64,000 bases of DNA from Mobula hypostoma (Eukaryota), in contig NC_086108.1 in NCBI RefSeq assembly GCF_963921235.1, forward strand, positions 30,568,001 through 30,632,000, in the 5' to 3' direction. The translations under genes and the position numbers were made by a program. The notes beneath the pieces are model-generated. The model was not told the origin of the DNA and ran no database searches. It saw only the letters and a program-made list of their open reading frames with translations. Below are positions 50,958 through 62,329 of the stretch, in pieces. Every line of letters starts with the position of its first letter. Within the stretch, counting starts at the first letter, position 1.

Positions 50958-52518
50958 TGTCATGGTCCGGATCGGGGTCCCTTTAAATTTACTTTGTTTA
51001 TGTTACGATCCAGACCATTCATTCCCTGTTTTCCCGTGTCCCTCGGCTTTGGTGATTAGAGGCAATTAACACTCGGCTGAACTGGTAGTTTATAGTCCCC
51101 GGCTTTCAGACGTTCACCGCGGGAGCGTCTGCAAAGTCATCTAAGGTACGGTGTGCCGATGTCATCTGGCCGGAGCAAGCCTAGTATCTGCCGAAGCGAG
51201 TGCCGGTAATTTGCCCTTCTTCACCGGAGCAGCCCTGTCCAGTTACCTTGCCAAAGCGAGTCTGCAAAGTTTCCTCATCAAGGTGGGTCCGTCAGTTAAC
51301 CTGCCGGAGAGAATCAGGAGCCGCTGTCTACTGTTCCCGGGCCGAATCTAGAGCTTGCCACTACCCAGAGGTTCCAAGTACCATGTCCTGGCTCCGGCGG
51401 CATCCAAGTACCACGTCCAAGTCCTGGCTCCGGCGGCATCCAAGTACCACGTCCAAGTCCAAGTCCTGGCCCTGGCAGCATCCGAGTACCCGGTCAAGTC
51501 CTGGCCCTGGCGGCATCCGAGTACCCAGTCAAGTCCTGGCCCGGCAGCATCCGAGTACCAAGTCAAGTCCTGGCCCTGGCGGCATCCGAGTACCAAGTCA
51601 AGTCCTGGCCCTGGCGGCATCCGAGTACCTAGTCAAGTCCTGGCCCGGCGGCATCCGAGTACCCAGTCAAGTCCATGCTCTGGCGGCATCCGAGTACCAA
51701 GTCAAGTCCTTGCCCTGGTGGTCTGTGATTCCTGTCCTACCCCCCTTTCTGAATCTTTTCTCTGCCCCTCTCGCCTCTAGCCCTTGTCTGTAGCCCTCGC
51801 CTGCACCTCGGTCTAGTTCTGTCGCTGGAGCTAGATAGGAACTGTGTTGTTCTTTGGTGTTTGTCTGGTCTTGTCCTCGCCTCCATGGGGTAAGTCAGGC
51901 TGTCTTGCCATTGCTCCACGGGGGTCATGTCTTGTTTTGTCTTGTCCTCGCCTCCATGGGGTAAGTCAGGCCGTCTTGCCATTGCCCCGTGGGGAGTCAT
52001 GTCTTGTCGTGTCTTGTCCTAGCCTCTGTGGGGTAAGTCAGGCCGTCTTGCCATTGCCCTGCAGGGGGATCATGAGTCCCAACCCTATGTCCTGTACCCA
52101 AGGAGGGGTCCTGGCTCTCTGTTCTGTGTACGCGTCCATGGTTCCATGTACCTGCTCTCCCAAGACAGAGACTCTGTTTTTTCATGTTCCTCCTCTCCCT
52201 AGCCCATGTCATGTCCATGCCTGGTTCTGGGGTCCAAGCCCGAGGCAAGACCCAGGTACTGGGTCCTTGCCCAGTCTCGGGCTCGGAGTCCATACCCTAG
52301 CCTCTTCATGTCTCCTCTAGTTCTGGGAGCCAATTCCGAGTCCTCGCCCAGACCCTTGGTCCCAGCCTAGCCATAGTCCTCAGTCCTTGTCCAGTTTGCT
52401 ATTCCTACTCCTGCCTTGCTCTCCTGGTTTCGAACAATAAACTAAATTTAATTAACCTCACAAGATGTGTCTTGCATTTGGGTCCACCCTTGCTCCCAAT
52501 GCCCCCGCCAGTGTAACA
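50958..52518 (+). mobile_element. Solo LTR, family A, with internal minisatellites
   Basis: TGTCA...TAACA; TSD cagat (50953-50957 and 52519-52523); AATAAA at 52436; ends match 14720-15405. Confidence 0.85.
51375..51715. repeat. 33-35-bp minisatellite, about 10 copies
   Basis: Unit agtcaagtcctggccctggcggcatccgagtacca in tandem. A separate ~65-70-bp unit repeats three times at 51868-52070. Confidence 0.9.
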
Positions 52519-52829
52519 CAGATCTGGGCAGGGAGGGAAGATTATTAGCATAAAAGATGAGAGGAAGTTGGGAGAGGGGGAAGGGTAGGTAATAGGTAGA
52601 ATTAGGCGAGATCGAGGATAATGGGCAGGTAGGGGAGGGGAGGGTGGAAGGTGATAAGCACAATAGATAGATGAGGGATAATGGGCAGATAGAACCAGAT
52701 GGGGAAAGGACGGAAAAGTGTGTTTACATCAAAACATGCAGCAAAATGTGTCGTTTACATCAAATCAAAGCAGCGAGGATTATGCTGACCACCCACAGGT
52801 GTCACCGCATTTCCAGTGAGAACATAGCA

Positions 52830-52970
52830 CGCCCACTAACCATGACCCATACATCCTTGGAATGTGGGAGAAATGGGAGCACCTGGAGGAAACCTACACA
52901 GTCACAGGGAGAACGTACAAACTCCTTACAGGCAGCAGTGGAAATTGAATCCCAATTTTACAGATGGTTC
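52830..52970 (-). mobile_element. V-SINE (HE1-like) fragment
   Basis: ttggaatgtgggagaaatgggagcacctggaggaaacctacacagtcacagggagaacgtacaaactcc. Confidence 0.7.
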
Positions 52971-53269
52971 TGTAATAGGAAGGTAAGTCAGGGGAGAAGC
53001 AACCCAGCTGGATAAATGTGTGGGTGATGGACAGGTAGAAATAGAAAAGGTCAACAAGGGGAGAGACAACTTCAGTACTAGGTGTGAGAAAGGAACACAG
53101 GGGCAGTACGTTATCTCAGACCTGAAAACTTAGTGTTCCTACCTTTGGGTTGTAGGCTATCCAAATGGAATATGAGGTGCTGCTCTTCTTCTTTATGTTT
53201 GATCTCATTGTGGCAGTGAAGAAGACGGAAAACAGACAGGTTGGTATGGGGATGGGGAGAGGGTTCCCA

Positions 53270-53887
53270 ATGGAAGCCCCTTTACGAGGGAGTTCTTCCT
53301 ATGCACCTGGGGGATCTGGGGTGGAGGCTGCTGCACAGAGGGGTGTCCTGTAACAAGTTCCAGAGTTTGTACACGGATCTCCCAGCCGCATGTGGCTTCT
53401 GCGGGCTGGAGGAGACCATGTAACACATGTACATAGAGTGTGCGAGGCTGAAGCCCCTTTGCGCATATTTGTGAGGGCCGATCCTCACCTTATGGTCACA
53501 TTTTAACCCCACCCTATTTATATGTGGTCATCCAGTAAGGAGGGGAGCATGGAGGGATGAGGATGTCCGTGTCAACTTGCTCCCTGGGCTGGCGAAAACA
53601 GCAATCCATGGGATCTGGAAACGGATGGTGGAGGGATCTGCCCGGGCAGACTGCCTGACAATGTTTAGGGGGTGTGTCCATTGAGAGGGAACATACGTTG
53701 TCCACAGCAACCATAGAGGCATTTGGGACTATTGGGTACCACGGGGGATTAGCGCCATCATTGACAGAAAGGAAATGTTTTAGTTTAATGTCGTTTGTCT
53801 AGTAGTTGTATAGTGATTGTGTTAGTCACTAGTTTGTATATATTGTAGCACTGAATTTGTAATAAAAATATTTTGTAAGTGAAAAAA
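53270..53887 (+). mobile_element. Tx1-like LINE 3' end
   Basis: CGFCGLEETM*HMYIEC zinc-knuckle remnant, GLAKTAIH, aataaa and a short A tail. Confidence 0.75.
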
Positions 53888-54939
53888 GGGCATGGGGAGG
53901 AGAGCTAAAGGGACACATAACTAGAAGTGCACAATGACCATGGAGGGTAAGTGTTGAAAAGTGGATTCTTTTGGTAATGGAATGTGATAATACAACTTTT
54001 TAATGAGAACTATGCTAGGTAGACTGAACAGCTTTAATCATTCTTGTGCACATCTATGTTTAGCACAAAACACATGCAGAGAACACCAAGCCTTGCGTGA
54101 GGCTTGTTTTGAACCTTGCCAGGAGAAATTAATTCACATTATTCCAAACCAATTAGTTATAGATCAGTCACCAGAGGATCTCATCTTGTGGAACTGCATG
54201 GTGAGAATCAACAAATAACCCACTGTAGATTAAACTCTGACCTGCTGTGGATCAACTGGAAGCTGAGTTTATTTTGGACCCAGTTCCTGTTTCACTGCAG
54301 AAAGTTAGAGAGGGATTAATACCCAATTCTAGGCTTAAATCCTACTCCTCATGGCTGCTGTGGGGTCTATGTGAAGTGCAGGTGCTGGACCTGCAGGGCA
54401 AATTCTGTCAGTAGGGGAGATGCACCTATTGTGTGTCCAAGCACAGTGCCTCAGTTAGCATTGAGTGATCTATCTGGATTTATCATTTTTCTTCTTCGAT
54501 GTGATATGAAATAGCAGAGGGTTTGCACGGCCACTTTAGAGGGAGAGAAAGTCAAGCACATTGCTGTGGATCTGCAATCAGTTAATGGAGACATAAGGTA
54601 ATGATAGATGATTCCCTCTTTTGAGGGGCATTATTTCAAGAGATTTTTTTACAACAGTCCCATAGCTTCATAGTCACCATTACTGAAACAATTCTTTTAT
54701 TTAATTGTGATTCCATTACAATATCTGGTTACATTTGCACACATCTGAGGGAGAAAACATGAAGGGTGTAACATGAAAGCAGGTTCACAGGTTTGGTGAG
54801 TGAGGCAAGACGCTGACTACAAATAAGCATATTAATCATTTATCTACCAAGAGTAAAAGATTTGACCAAACATCTAAATTTCCCCAAGTTATACAAACTA
54901 CAAAATAAATATTCAACAAACAGATTACGGATTGTCAAC

Positions 54940-56965
54940 AATATGCCTTTGCATGGGAAATAGTGTCTCACAAATTTGATTGCGTGTTTTGAAGAGGTTA
55001 TCAAGAAGATTGATGAGAGTAGGTTGCTAGATTTGGTCTACATGGACTTTAGCAAGGCTTTTCGTAAGGTCACATCTGCACACTGGTCTGGAAGGTTAGA
55101 CCACATAGGTTTCAGGATGAGATGGCCAAATGGAAACAAAGTTGTCTTGGTGGAAGGAAGCAGAGGTTAATAGCTGAGGCCGATTGGAGGCTGGTGAGTG
55201 AAGGGATTTGTGCTAGGTCTACTATTATTTGTCTATTAATGATTTGGATGACAGTGCTGTTACCAAGGTTGGTATATTTGTGGATGACACCAAAATTTGT
55301 GGTATAATAACTTTACAAAGGGACCTAGGCCAACTTCGGAAGTCATTTCAAAGAAAGGCAAGTAGAATTTAACAGGGGCAAGTGAGAGATTTTGCATTTT
55401 GTTCAGTTGCTGTGTAGGATGTCCACAGTAAATGTCAGAGCCCTGGAAAGTGTCAGAGAACAGTGCGTCAGCATGAATGAATTAAGCTGTCTGTATAACT
55501 AGAAGTAAACTAGAAAAATGGAGAATATGGTGATGTATTAGCACATTGGAGACAATGATCTCAAGTCAGCTAATTATATGAATATTTATGAAACAAGACA
55601 AAGATCTGGGTATAAAAAGTTCTAAATATTGAACATAGAACATTACAACACAGTACAGGCCATTCAGCCCACAATATTGTGCCAACCTTTTAATATACTC
55701 AAAAATCAACCTAACTCTTCCCTCCTATATAACCTTCCATTTTTCTATCATCTACTTGCCTAAGACTTTCTTGAACGTTTGTAATAGATCTGCCTCTTCC
55801 ACCACTATGTTCCATGCACCCACCATCCTCTGTGTAAAAACCATACCTTTGCTGTCCTCCGAACACCTTAAAATTGTGCTCCCTTGTTTTACCTTCTTGT
55901 AAAGTCTCTGCCTATCCACTTGATCTATGCCTGTTATGTTGTACACCTCTATCAAGTCACCTCTCATCCTCTGTTCCAAAGAGAAAAGCTCTAGTTCACT
56001 CAATCAATCTTCATAAATCTAGTCCAGGCAGCATCCTGATAAATCTTCTGTGCACCCTTTCTAAAACTTTCACATCTTCTGATAATGAGGTGACCAGAAT
56101 GGTGCACATATTCCAATTGAAGGCTAACTGGGTTTTTTAGAGCTGAAGCATTACCTTGCAGCTCTGGAACTCAGTCCCCCAACTAATGAAGTCCAACACA
56201 CTGTGAGCCTTCTTAACTTACATGTCAACTTTGACGTAGACCTCAAGGTCCATCTCTTCCTTTAGACTGATAAGAATTCTGCCACTAACCCTGTATTCTG
56301 TGTTCAATTTTGACCTTCCAAACTGAATTACTTCACACTTTTCTGGGTTGAACTCCATTTGCAACTTCTCAGCCCTGCTCTGCCCCCCTGGCAGTGTCTC
56401 AATGCAACCTACAATAACCATTCACACTACCCACATCTTCACCAACCTTCATGTCATCTGCAAACTTACTAAACCACACTTCTACTTCCTTATCCAAGTC
56501 ATTTATAAAAAGCACAAAGAGCATGAGTCCCAGAACAGATCCCTGGTTACTGGCAGAATTCTCTCTATCTACTGCTTTCTATGGCCAAGTCAATTCTGAA
56601 TCCATAAGGCCAAGCTTTTCTGAATCCAATGCCTTCGGATTTTCTGAATCTACCACGGGGAACCTTCTCATTAGTCTTATTAAATTTCATATATACCATA
56701 TCCACCGCTCAACTTTCAGCAGTGTGTTTTGTCATAACCTCAAAGAATTCACTCGGGCTTGAGAGGCATAACATACCTCTCACAAAGCTATACTAGCCAT
56801 CCCTAATTGGACTATGTCTTTCCAAGTACTTATAAATCCTGTCTCCAAGAACACTCTTCAGTAATTTGCCCACCACTGAAGTAAGAATTAGTGGTCTAGC
56901 ATTTCCAGGGCTTTCCCTACTCCCTTCTTGAACAAAGGTATAACATTTGCCACCATAATTGGGAA
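54940..56965. mobile_element. Two CR1 fragments (about 54940-55460 +, 55630-56965 -)
   Basis: FEEVIKKIDE...DLVYMDFSKAF; AEKLQMEFNPEKCEVIQFG; MRGDLIEVY. Confidence 0.8.
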
Positions 56966-57088
56966 GGACAATTGGCTGAGGTGTGAGCAGTAGAAAGCAA
57001 GCAGCAACTTAAAGGAAAAAAATAGTAGGAGTCATTGAAGCAAGTGATAGTTATATTTCTGAACAAATGTGTAGCCATTCTTGGTTTA

Positions 57089-57243
57089 ACACACACAAAG
57101 TGCTGGAGGAGCTCAGCAGACCAGGCAGCATATATGGGAAAAAGTACAGTCGATGTTTCAGGCCGAAACTCTTCGGCAATTCCGTCAGCATTTTGTGTGT
57201 GTTGCTCAGATTTCCAGCGTTTCTGCAGATTTTCTCTTTTTTC
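57089..57243 (+). mobile_element. Fold-back PLE mini-insertion
   Basis: Inverted tail (acacacacaaagtgctg...) joined to forward tail (cagcattttgtgtgtgtt...); 14-bp TSD ccattcttggttta / ccatttttggttta (57075-57088 and 57244-57257). Confidence 0.75.
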
Positions 57244-57479
57244 CCATTTTTGGTTTATTGGTATATTATTGTCATTTACACTAAAATTTAGTGAAAATCT
57301 TGCCTTACATACTTTTATACAGAGCAAATTATTACATAGTGCATTGAACTAGAATGAGTTAAATAATAATACAGAATAAAATCGAAAAGCTACGAATAAA
57401 GTGCAGTGCAGGTAAATGATGAAGTGCAATGCTCAACAATTAAAGGAAAAAGAGGATGTCCTCTTCTCCCCTGAAATTG

Positions 57480-58030
57480 AAACATAGAAACATAGAAAAC
57501 CTACAGCACAATACAGGCTTTTCAGCCCACAAAGTTGAACCGAACATGTCCCTACCTTAGAAATTACTGGGGTTACCCATAGCCCTCTATTTTACTAAGC
57601 TCCATGTATCTATCCAAAAGACTCTTAAAAGACAATATCGTATCCGCCTCCACCACCGTTGTTGGCAGCCCATTCCACGCACTCACCACTCTTTGCATAA
57701 AAAAAACATTCCCCTGACATCTCCTCTGTACCTACTCCTCAGCACCTTAAATCTGTGCCCTCTTGTGGCAGCCATTTCAGCCCTGGGAAAAAGCCTCTGA
57801 CTATCCTCACGATCTCTTATACACCTCGATCAGGTCACCTCTCATCCTCCGTCGCTCCAAGGAGAAAAGGCCGAGTTCACTCAACCTGTTTTCATAAGGC
57901 ATGCTCCCCAACCCAGGCAACACCCTTGTAAATCTCCTCTGCACCCTTTCTATGGTTTCCACATCCCTCCTGTAGTGAGGCGACCAGAACTGAGCACCGT
58001 ACTCGAAGTGGGGTCTGACCAGGGTCCTAT
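57480..58030 (-). mobile_element. Young CR1 3' fragment
   Basis: RTLVRPHFEYGAQFWSPHYRRDVETIERVQRRFTRVLPGL; (gaaacata)n tail. Confidence 0.9.
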
Positions 58031-59506
58031 ATGGCTGCACGTAATGCAGGAGAACAAACTAAACCAAAAAAAGAAATATGACAGACATCTAGAATGCAAT
58101 GTGACCATAATTCTGGAGTTGAATTGGAAGTTCAAGGATGAATTTCTTAAATTTTTCTCAACTACACTAACTCCTTGGCTATGTAATGTTTTTAGGGATG
58201 CAGTTTCAATAGGTAAATTACCACAATCTTTTTATCGAGCTTCTATTTCCCTAATTCTTAAAAAAGATAAGGATCCTACTGAATGTGCATCTTATAGGCC
58301 TATATCTCTGCTGAATGTCGATTCTAAGATTTTTTCTAAAATATTGGCAACGAGATTGGAGAATGTATTACCCCAAATTATTTCTGCTGATCAAACTGGA
58401 TTTATTAAAAATCATTACTCTTTTTTTAATATTAGGAGGTTAATGAATATCGTTTATACGCCTTCACCCAAAATTCAAGAATGTGTCATTTCATTGGATG
58501 CTGAAAAAGCTTTTGATAGAGTTGAATGGGTATATTTATTCAATACCCTTGAGAAATTTAATTTTAGTCCGATTTTCATTTCCTGGATAAAACTGATATA
58601 TTTTACCCCTTTGGCCTCGGTATTTACTAACAACCAAAGATCCCCTTTTTTTCACTTATTCCGTGGTACTAGGCAGGGTTGCCCTCTTAGTCCATTACTA
58701 TTTGATATTGCCTTGGAACCACTAGCTATTGCCATTCGTGACTCCCCTAATATATTTGGTATTACTCGTGGAAATGAGACTCATAAATTATCACTATATG
58801 CAGATGATCTACTATTATATATTTCTAACCCAGGAAAATCTATTCTGGCAGTATTAACTTTGCTTGCTCAGTTTAGTAGTTTTTCTGCTTATAAACTGAA
58901 CCTAAGTAAGAGTGAACTCTTTCCATTAAATATGCAGGTTCCTATTTATAGAAATTCTCCATTTAGACTGATTACTGATTATTTTAACTTATTTGGGAGT
59001 TAAAATTACTAAGAGACATAAGGATCTATTCAATTTCAACCTTTTACCATTAATTAATCAGGTTAAACAACTGATTACAAAATGACAGGAATTCTGCAGA
59101 TGCTGGAAATTCAAGCAACATACATCAAAGTTGCTGGTGAACGCAGCAGGCCAAGCAGCATCTATAGGAAGAGGCGCAGTCGACGTTTCAGGCCGAGACC
59201 CTTTGTCAGGACTAACTGAAGGAAGAGTGAGTAAGGGATTTGAAAGCTGGAGGGGGAGGGGGAGATGCAAAATGATAGGAGAAGACAGGAGGGGGAGGGA
59301 TAGAGCTGAGAGCTGGACAGGTGATAGGCAAAAGGGGATATGAGAGGATCATGGGACAGGAGGTCCGGGAAGAAAGAGAAGGAGGGGGGACTCAGAGGAT
59401 GGGCAGGAGGTATATTCAGAGGGACAGAGGGAGAAAAAGGAGAGTGAGAGAAAGAATGTGTGCATAAAAATGAGTAACAGATGGGGTACGAGGGGGAGGT
59501 GGGGCC

Positions 59507-60282
59507 TTAGCGGAAGTTAGAGAAGTCGATGTTCATGCCATCAGGTTGGAGGCTACCCAGACGGAATATAAGGTGTTGTTCCTCCAACCTGAGTGTGGCT
59601 TCATCTTTACAGTAGAGGAGGTCGTGGATAGACATGTCAGAATGGGAATGGGATGTAGAATTAAAATGTGTGGCCACTGGGAGATCCTGCTTTCTCTGGC
59701 GGACAGAGCGTAGATGTTCAGCAAAGCGGTCTCCCAGTCTGCGTCGGGTCTCACCAATATATAAAAGGCCACATCGGGAGCACCGGACGCAGTATATCAC
59801 CCCAGTCGACTCACAGGTGAAATGATGCCTCACCTGGAAGGACTGTTTGGGGCCCTGAATGGTGGTAAGGGAGGAAGTGTAAGGGCATGTGCAGCACTTG
59901 TTCCGCTTACACGGATAAGTGCCAGGAGGGAGATCAGTGGGGAGGGATGGGGGGGACGAATGGACAAGAGAGTTGTGTAGGGAGCGATCCCTGCGGAATG
60001 CAGAGAGAGGGGGGGAGGGAAAGATGTGCTTAGTGGTGGGATCCCGTTGGAGGTGGCGGAAGTTACGGAGAATAATATGTTGGACCCGGAGGCTGGTGGG
60101 GTGGTAGGTGAGGACCAGGGGAACCCTATTCCTAGTGGGGTGGTGGGAGGATGGAGTGAGAGCAGATGTATGTGAAATGGGGGAGATGCGTTTAAGAGCA
60201 GAGTTGATAGTGGAGGAAGGGAAGCCCCTTTCTTTAAAAAATGAAGACATCTCCCTCGTCCTAGAATGAAAAGCCTCATCCT
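59507..60282 (-). pseudogene. Uninterrupted C-terminal part of the PLE ORF: RT thumb/linker, Cys motif and GIY-YIG endonuclease
   Basis: CKRNKCCTC followed by VIYCVRCSRCGLLYIGETRRRLGDRFAEHL...HF...LEEQHLIFRLGSLQPDGMN. The RT core is missing. Confidence 0.9.
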
Positions 60283-60425
60283 GTCCCATGATCCTCTCGT
60301 ATCCCCTTTTGCCTATCACCTGTCCAGCTCTCGGCTCCATCCCTCCCCCTTCTGTCTTCTCCTATCATTTTGCATCTCCCCCTCCCCCTCCAGCTTTCAA
60401 ATCCCTTACTCACTCTTCCTTCAGT

Positions 60426-60463
60426 TAGTCCTGACGAAGGGTCTCGGCCTGAAACGTCGACTG
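60426..60463 (+). ncRNA. Minimal type I hammerhead ribozyme motif (intact core)
   Basis: tagtc-CTGACGA(60431-60437)-agggtctcggcct-GAAA(60451-60454)-C-GTC(60456-60458)-gactg. Stem I tagtc/gactg pairs; stem III is the palindrome ACGT. Confidence 0.75.
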
Positions 60464-62329
60464 CGCCTCTTCCTATAGATGCTGCTTGGCCTGCTGCGTT
60501 CACCAGCAACTTTGATGTATGTTGCTTGATTACAAAATGATCCCCTTTGTCTCTATCATTGATTGGCCGTATTAATGCTTTTAAAATGATTATTTTACCC
60601 AAATTTTTATATTTATTTCAAGCGATACCGATTTTTATTCCTAAATCTTTTTTTGATATTATTGACTCTAAAATTTCTTCTTATATATGGCAAAATAGAA
60701 ATCCCAGATTAAGGTAAAAATACTTACAGAAATCTAAGAAAGAGGGTGGTTTAGCATTGCCTGTCCTAAGATTTTACTACTGGGCAATTAATATCCAATA
60801 CTTAATATTTTGGACACAAGATTGGAATATAACTCCAAGCCCACATTGGGTAAACCTTGAAGGCTATTCTGTACAAGGGTCTTCTTTAGCCTCCATTTTA
60901 GGAACTTTATTGCCTTTTGCACTATCTAAATTGAATAAACAAATTTTCAACCCTATAGTTAAACATACATTGCGAATATGGTTTCAATTTTGTAAATTTT
61001 TTGGCCTGATGAATTTATGTTATCAAGTCCTATTATATCTAATTTCTTTTTCCAACCTTCGGTAATGGACCAAGCCTTTTTGATATGGAAAACGGAAAGG
61101 CATAATATGTTTTCGTGATTTATTTTTGGATAACTGCTTTATGTCTTTTGAGCAGTTATCTGAGAAATTTGATTTGCCTAGATCCTATTTTTTTAGATAC
61201 TTACAAATAAGAAATTTTTAAAATATTACGTTGCCTGCCTTTCCGACTTTCAATCCTTCTGGCACTCTTGATAAAATTTTAGGTTTTAATCCTTTGCAGA
61301 AGGGATTAATAGCAATATTTTATGATATAATTATGAAATTACAGCCAGATATGTCTGATAAAATTAAAAATGAATGGGAAAGGGAACTTCAACTTTCCCT
61401 ACCTACAGAGAAATGGGATAAAATTTTTCATTTAGTTAGTACTTCTTCTATATGTGCTAAACATACTTTAATACAATTTAAAGTAGTACATAGAGCTCAT
61501 ATGTCCAAAGATAAATTAGCGTTTTTATTCCCATATAAACCCTACTTGTGATAGATGTCATTCTGAAGTGGCTTCTTTAACTCATATGTTTTGGTCCTGT
61601 CCTCTTTTGGAAAAATATTGGAAAGACATTTTTGATATTATTTCAACCGTTCTATGCTTTGATTTAAAACCCCATCCTATTACGGCAATCTTTGGATTGC
61701 CAATGGTAGAACATAGATCTTTGTCTTCTTCAGCCTGTCGAATGATAGCTTTTGTTACTTTAATGGCGAGAAGATCTATTTTGTTGAACTGGAAGGAAAC
61801 TAATCCTCCAACTACATTCGAATAGTTTTCTCAAACCATATTAAGTTTAAATTTAGAAAAAATTAGAAGTGATATTTTTGACCCTTCGGTTAAATTTGAA
61901 GAAACTTGGAAACCTTTTATGCAACATTTTCATATGATGTAATCTGACCTTTCCGAATCTTTTTTCTAAACTTAAATTATATGATGAGAGGAGCAGAGTT
62001 AACGACATTATTGAACGTGTCCGATATAAGCTGTTGGTCTAGCCCAGTTTTGTTTTTTTTTTCTTGGGGTTTTTTTTCTCTTTTTCTTTTGGGGTTTCTT
62101 TTTGTTTATATATTTTTTTTCTTTTTATTTCTTTTTTAATGTTTAATCTCATTATGAGTTTGGAAGTCTTTTATATCTATGTTACTTAAAATTCATTTTA
62201 TATATGCTGAAAAATCAAGCAGAAAATTAAGATGTTCCACAAATATGTGAAGGGAAAGGGGACGAGCAAGGAAAGCATGTGTCTGATTGGAGGTCAAATG
62301 GACAGCCAGTGTGAAGGCAGTAGTTGTAC

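Larger units (their letters stand above)
50830..53270 (-). mobile_element. Old PLE 3' fragment split by a solo LTR and a SINE
   Basis: Tail at 50830-50957 continues after 52519; gggttgtaggctatccaaatggaatatgaggtgctgctc at 53147-53187 resembles 59544-59582. Confidence 0.6.
59086..60526 (-). mobile_element. Young 5'-truncated Penelope-like element (Neptune-like) with inverted 5' tail copy
   Basis: 14-bp TSD tgattacaaaatga (59072-59085 and 60527-60540); ~250-bp inverted arms 59111-59361 and 60279-60529. Confidence 0.93.
58135..62200 (+). mobile_element. 5'-truncated L1 LINE (ORF2 RT to C-terminus and T-rich 3' UTR), interrupted by a PLE
   Basis: YRPISLLNVDSKIFSKILATRL, DAEKAFDRVEW, GTRQGCPLSPLLF, LYADD, LSLIGRINAFKMIILPKFLYLFQ and CDRC...HMFWSC, with frameshifts and stops. 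Confidence 0.93.

Noticed and set aside
51200..51793. 197-aa and 141-aa repetitive ORFs
   Set aside because: Translations of the ~35-bp minisatellite inside a solo LTR.
14720..52518. One giant provirus bounded by the similar LTRs at 14720 and 50958
   Set aside because: Each LTR has its own matched TSD and no gag-pol lies between them.
57975..58134. N-terminus of the 342-aa ORF as part of an intact RT gene
   Set aside because: It derives from antisense CR1 and linker sequence; L1 homology starts near 58135 and the element is truncated and frameshifted.
60283..60340. ATG start for a 277-aa standalone GIY-YIG gene
   Set aside because: The first ~19 codons come from the inverted tail arm, a chance fusion; there is no evidence of domestication.
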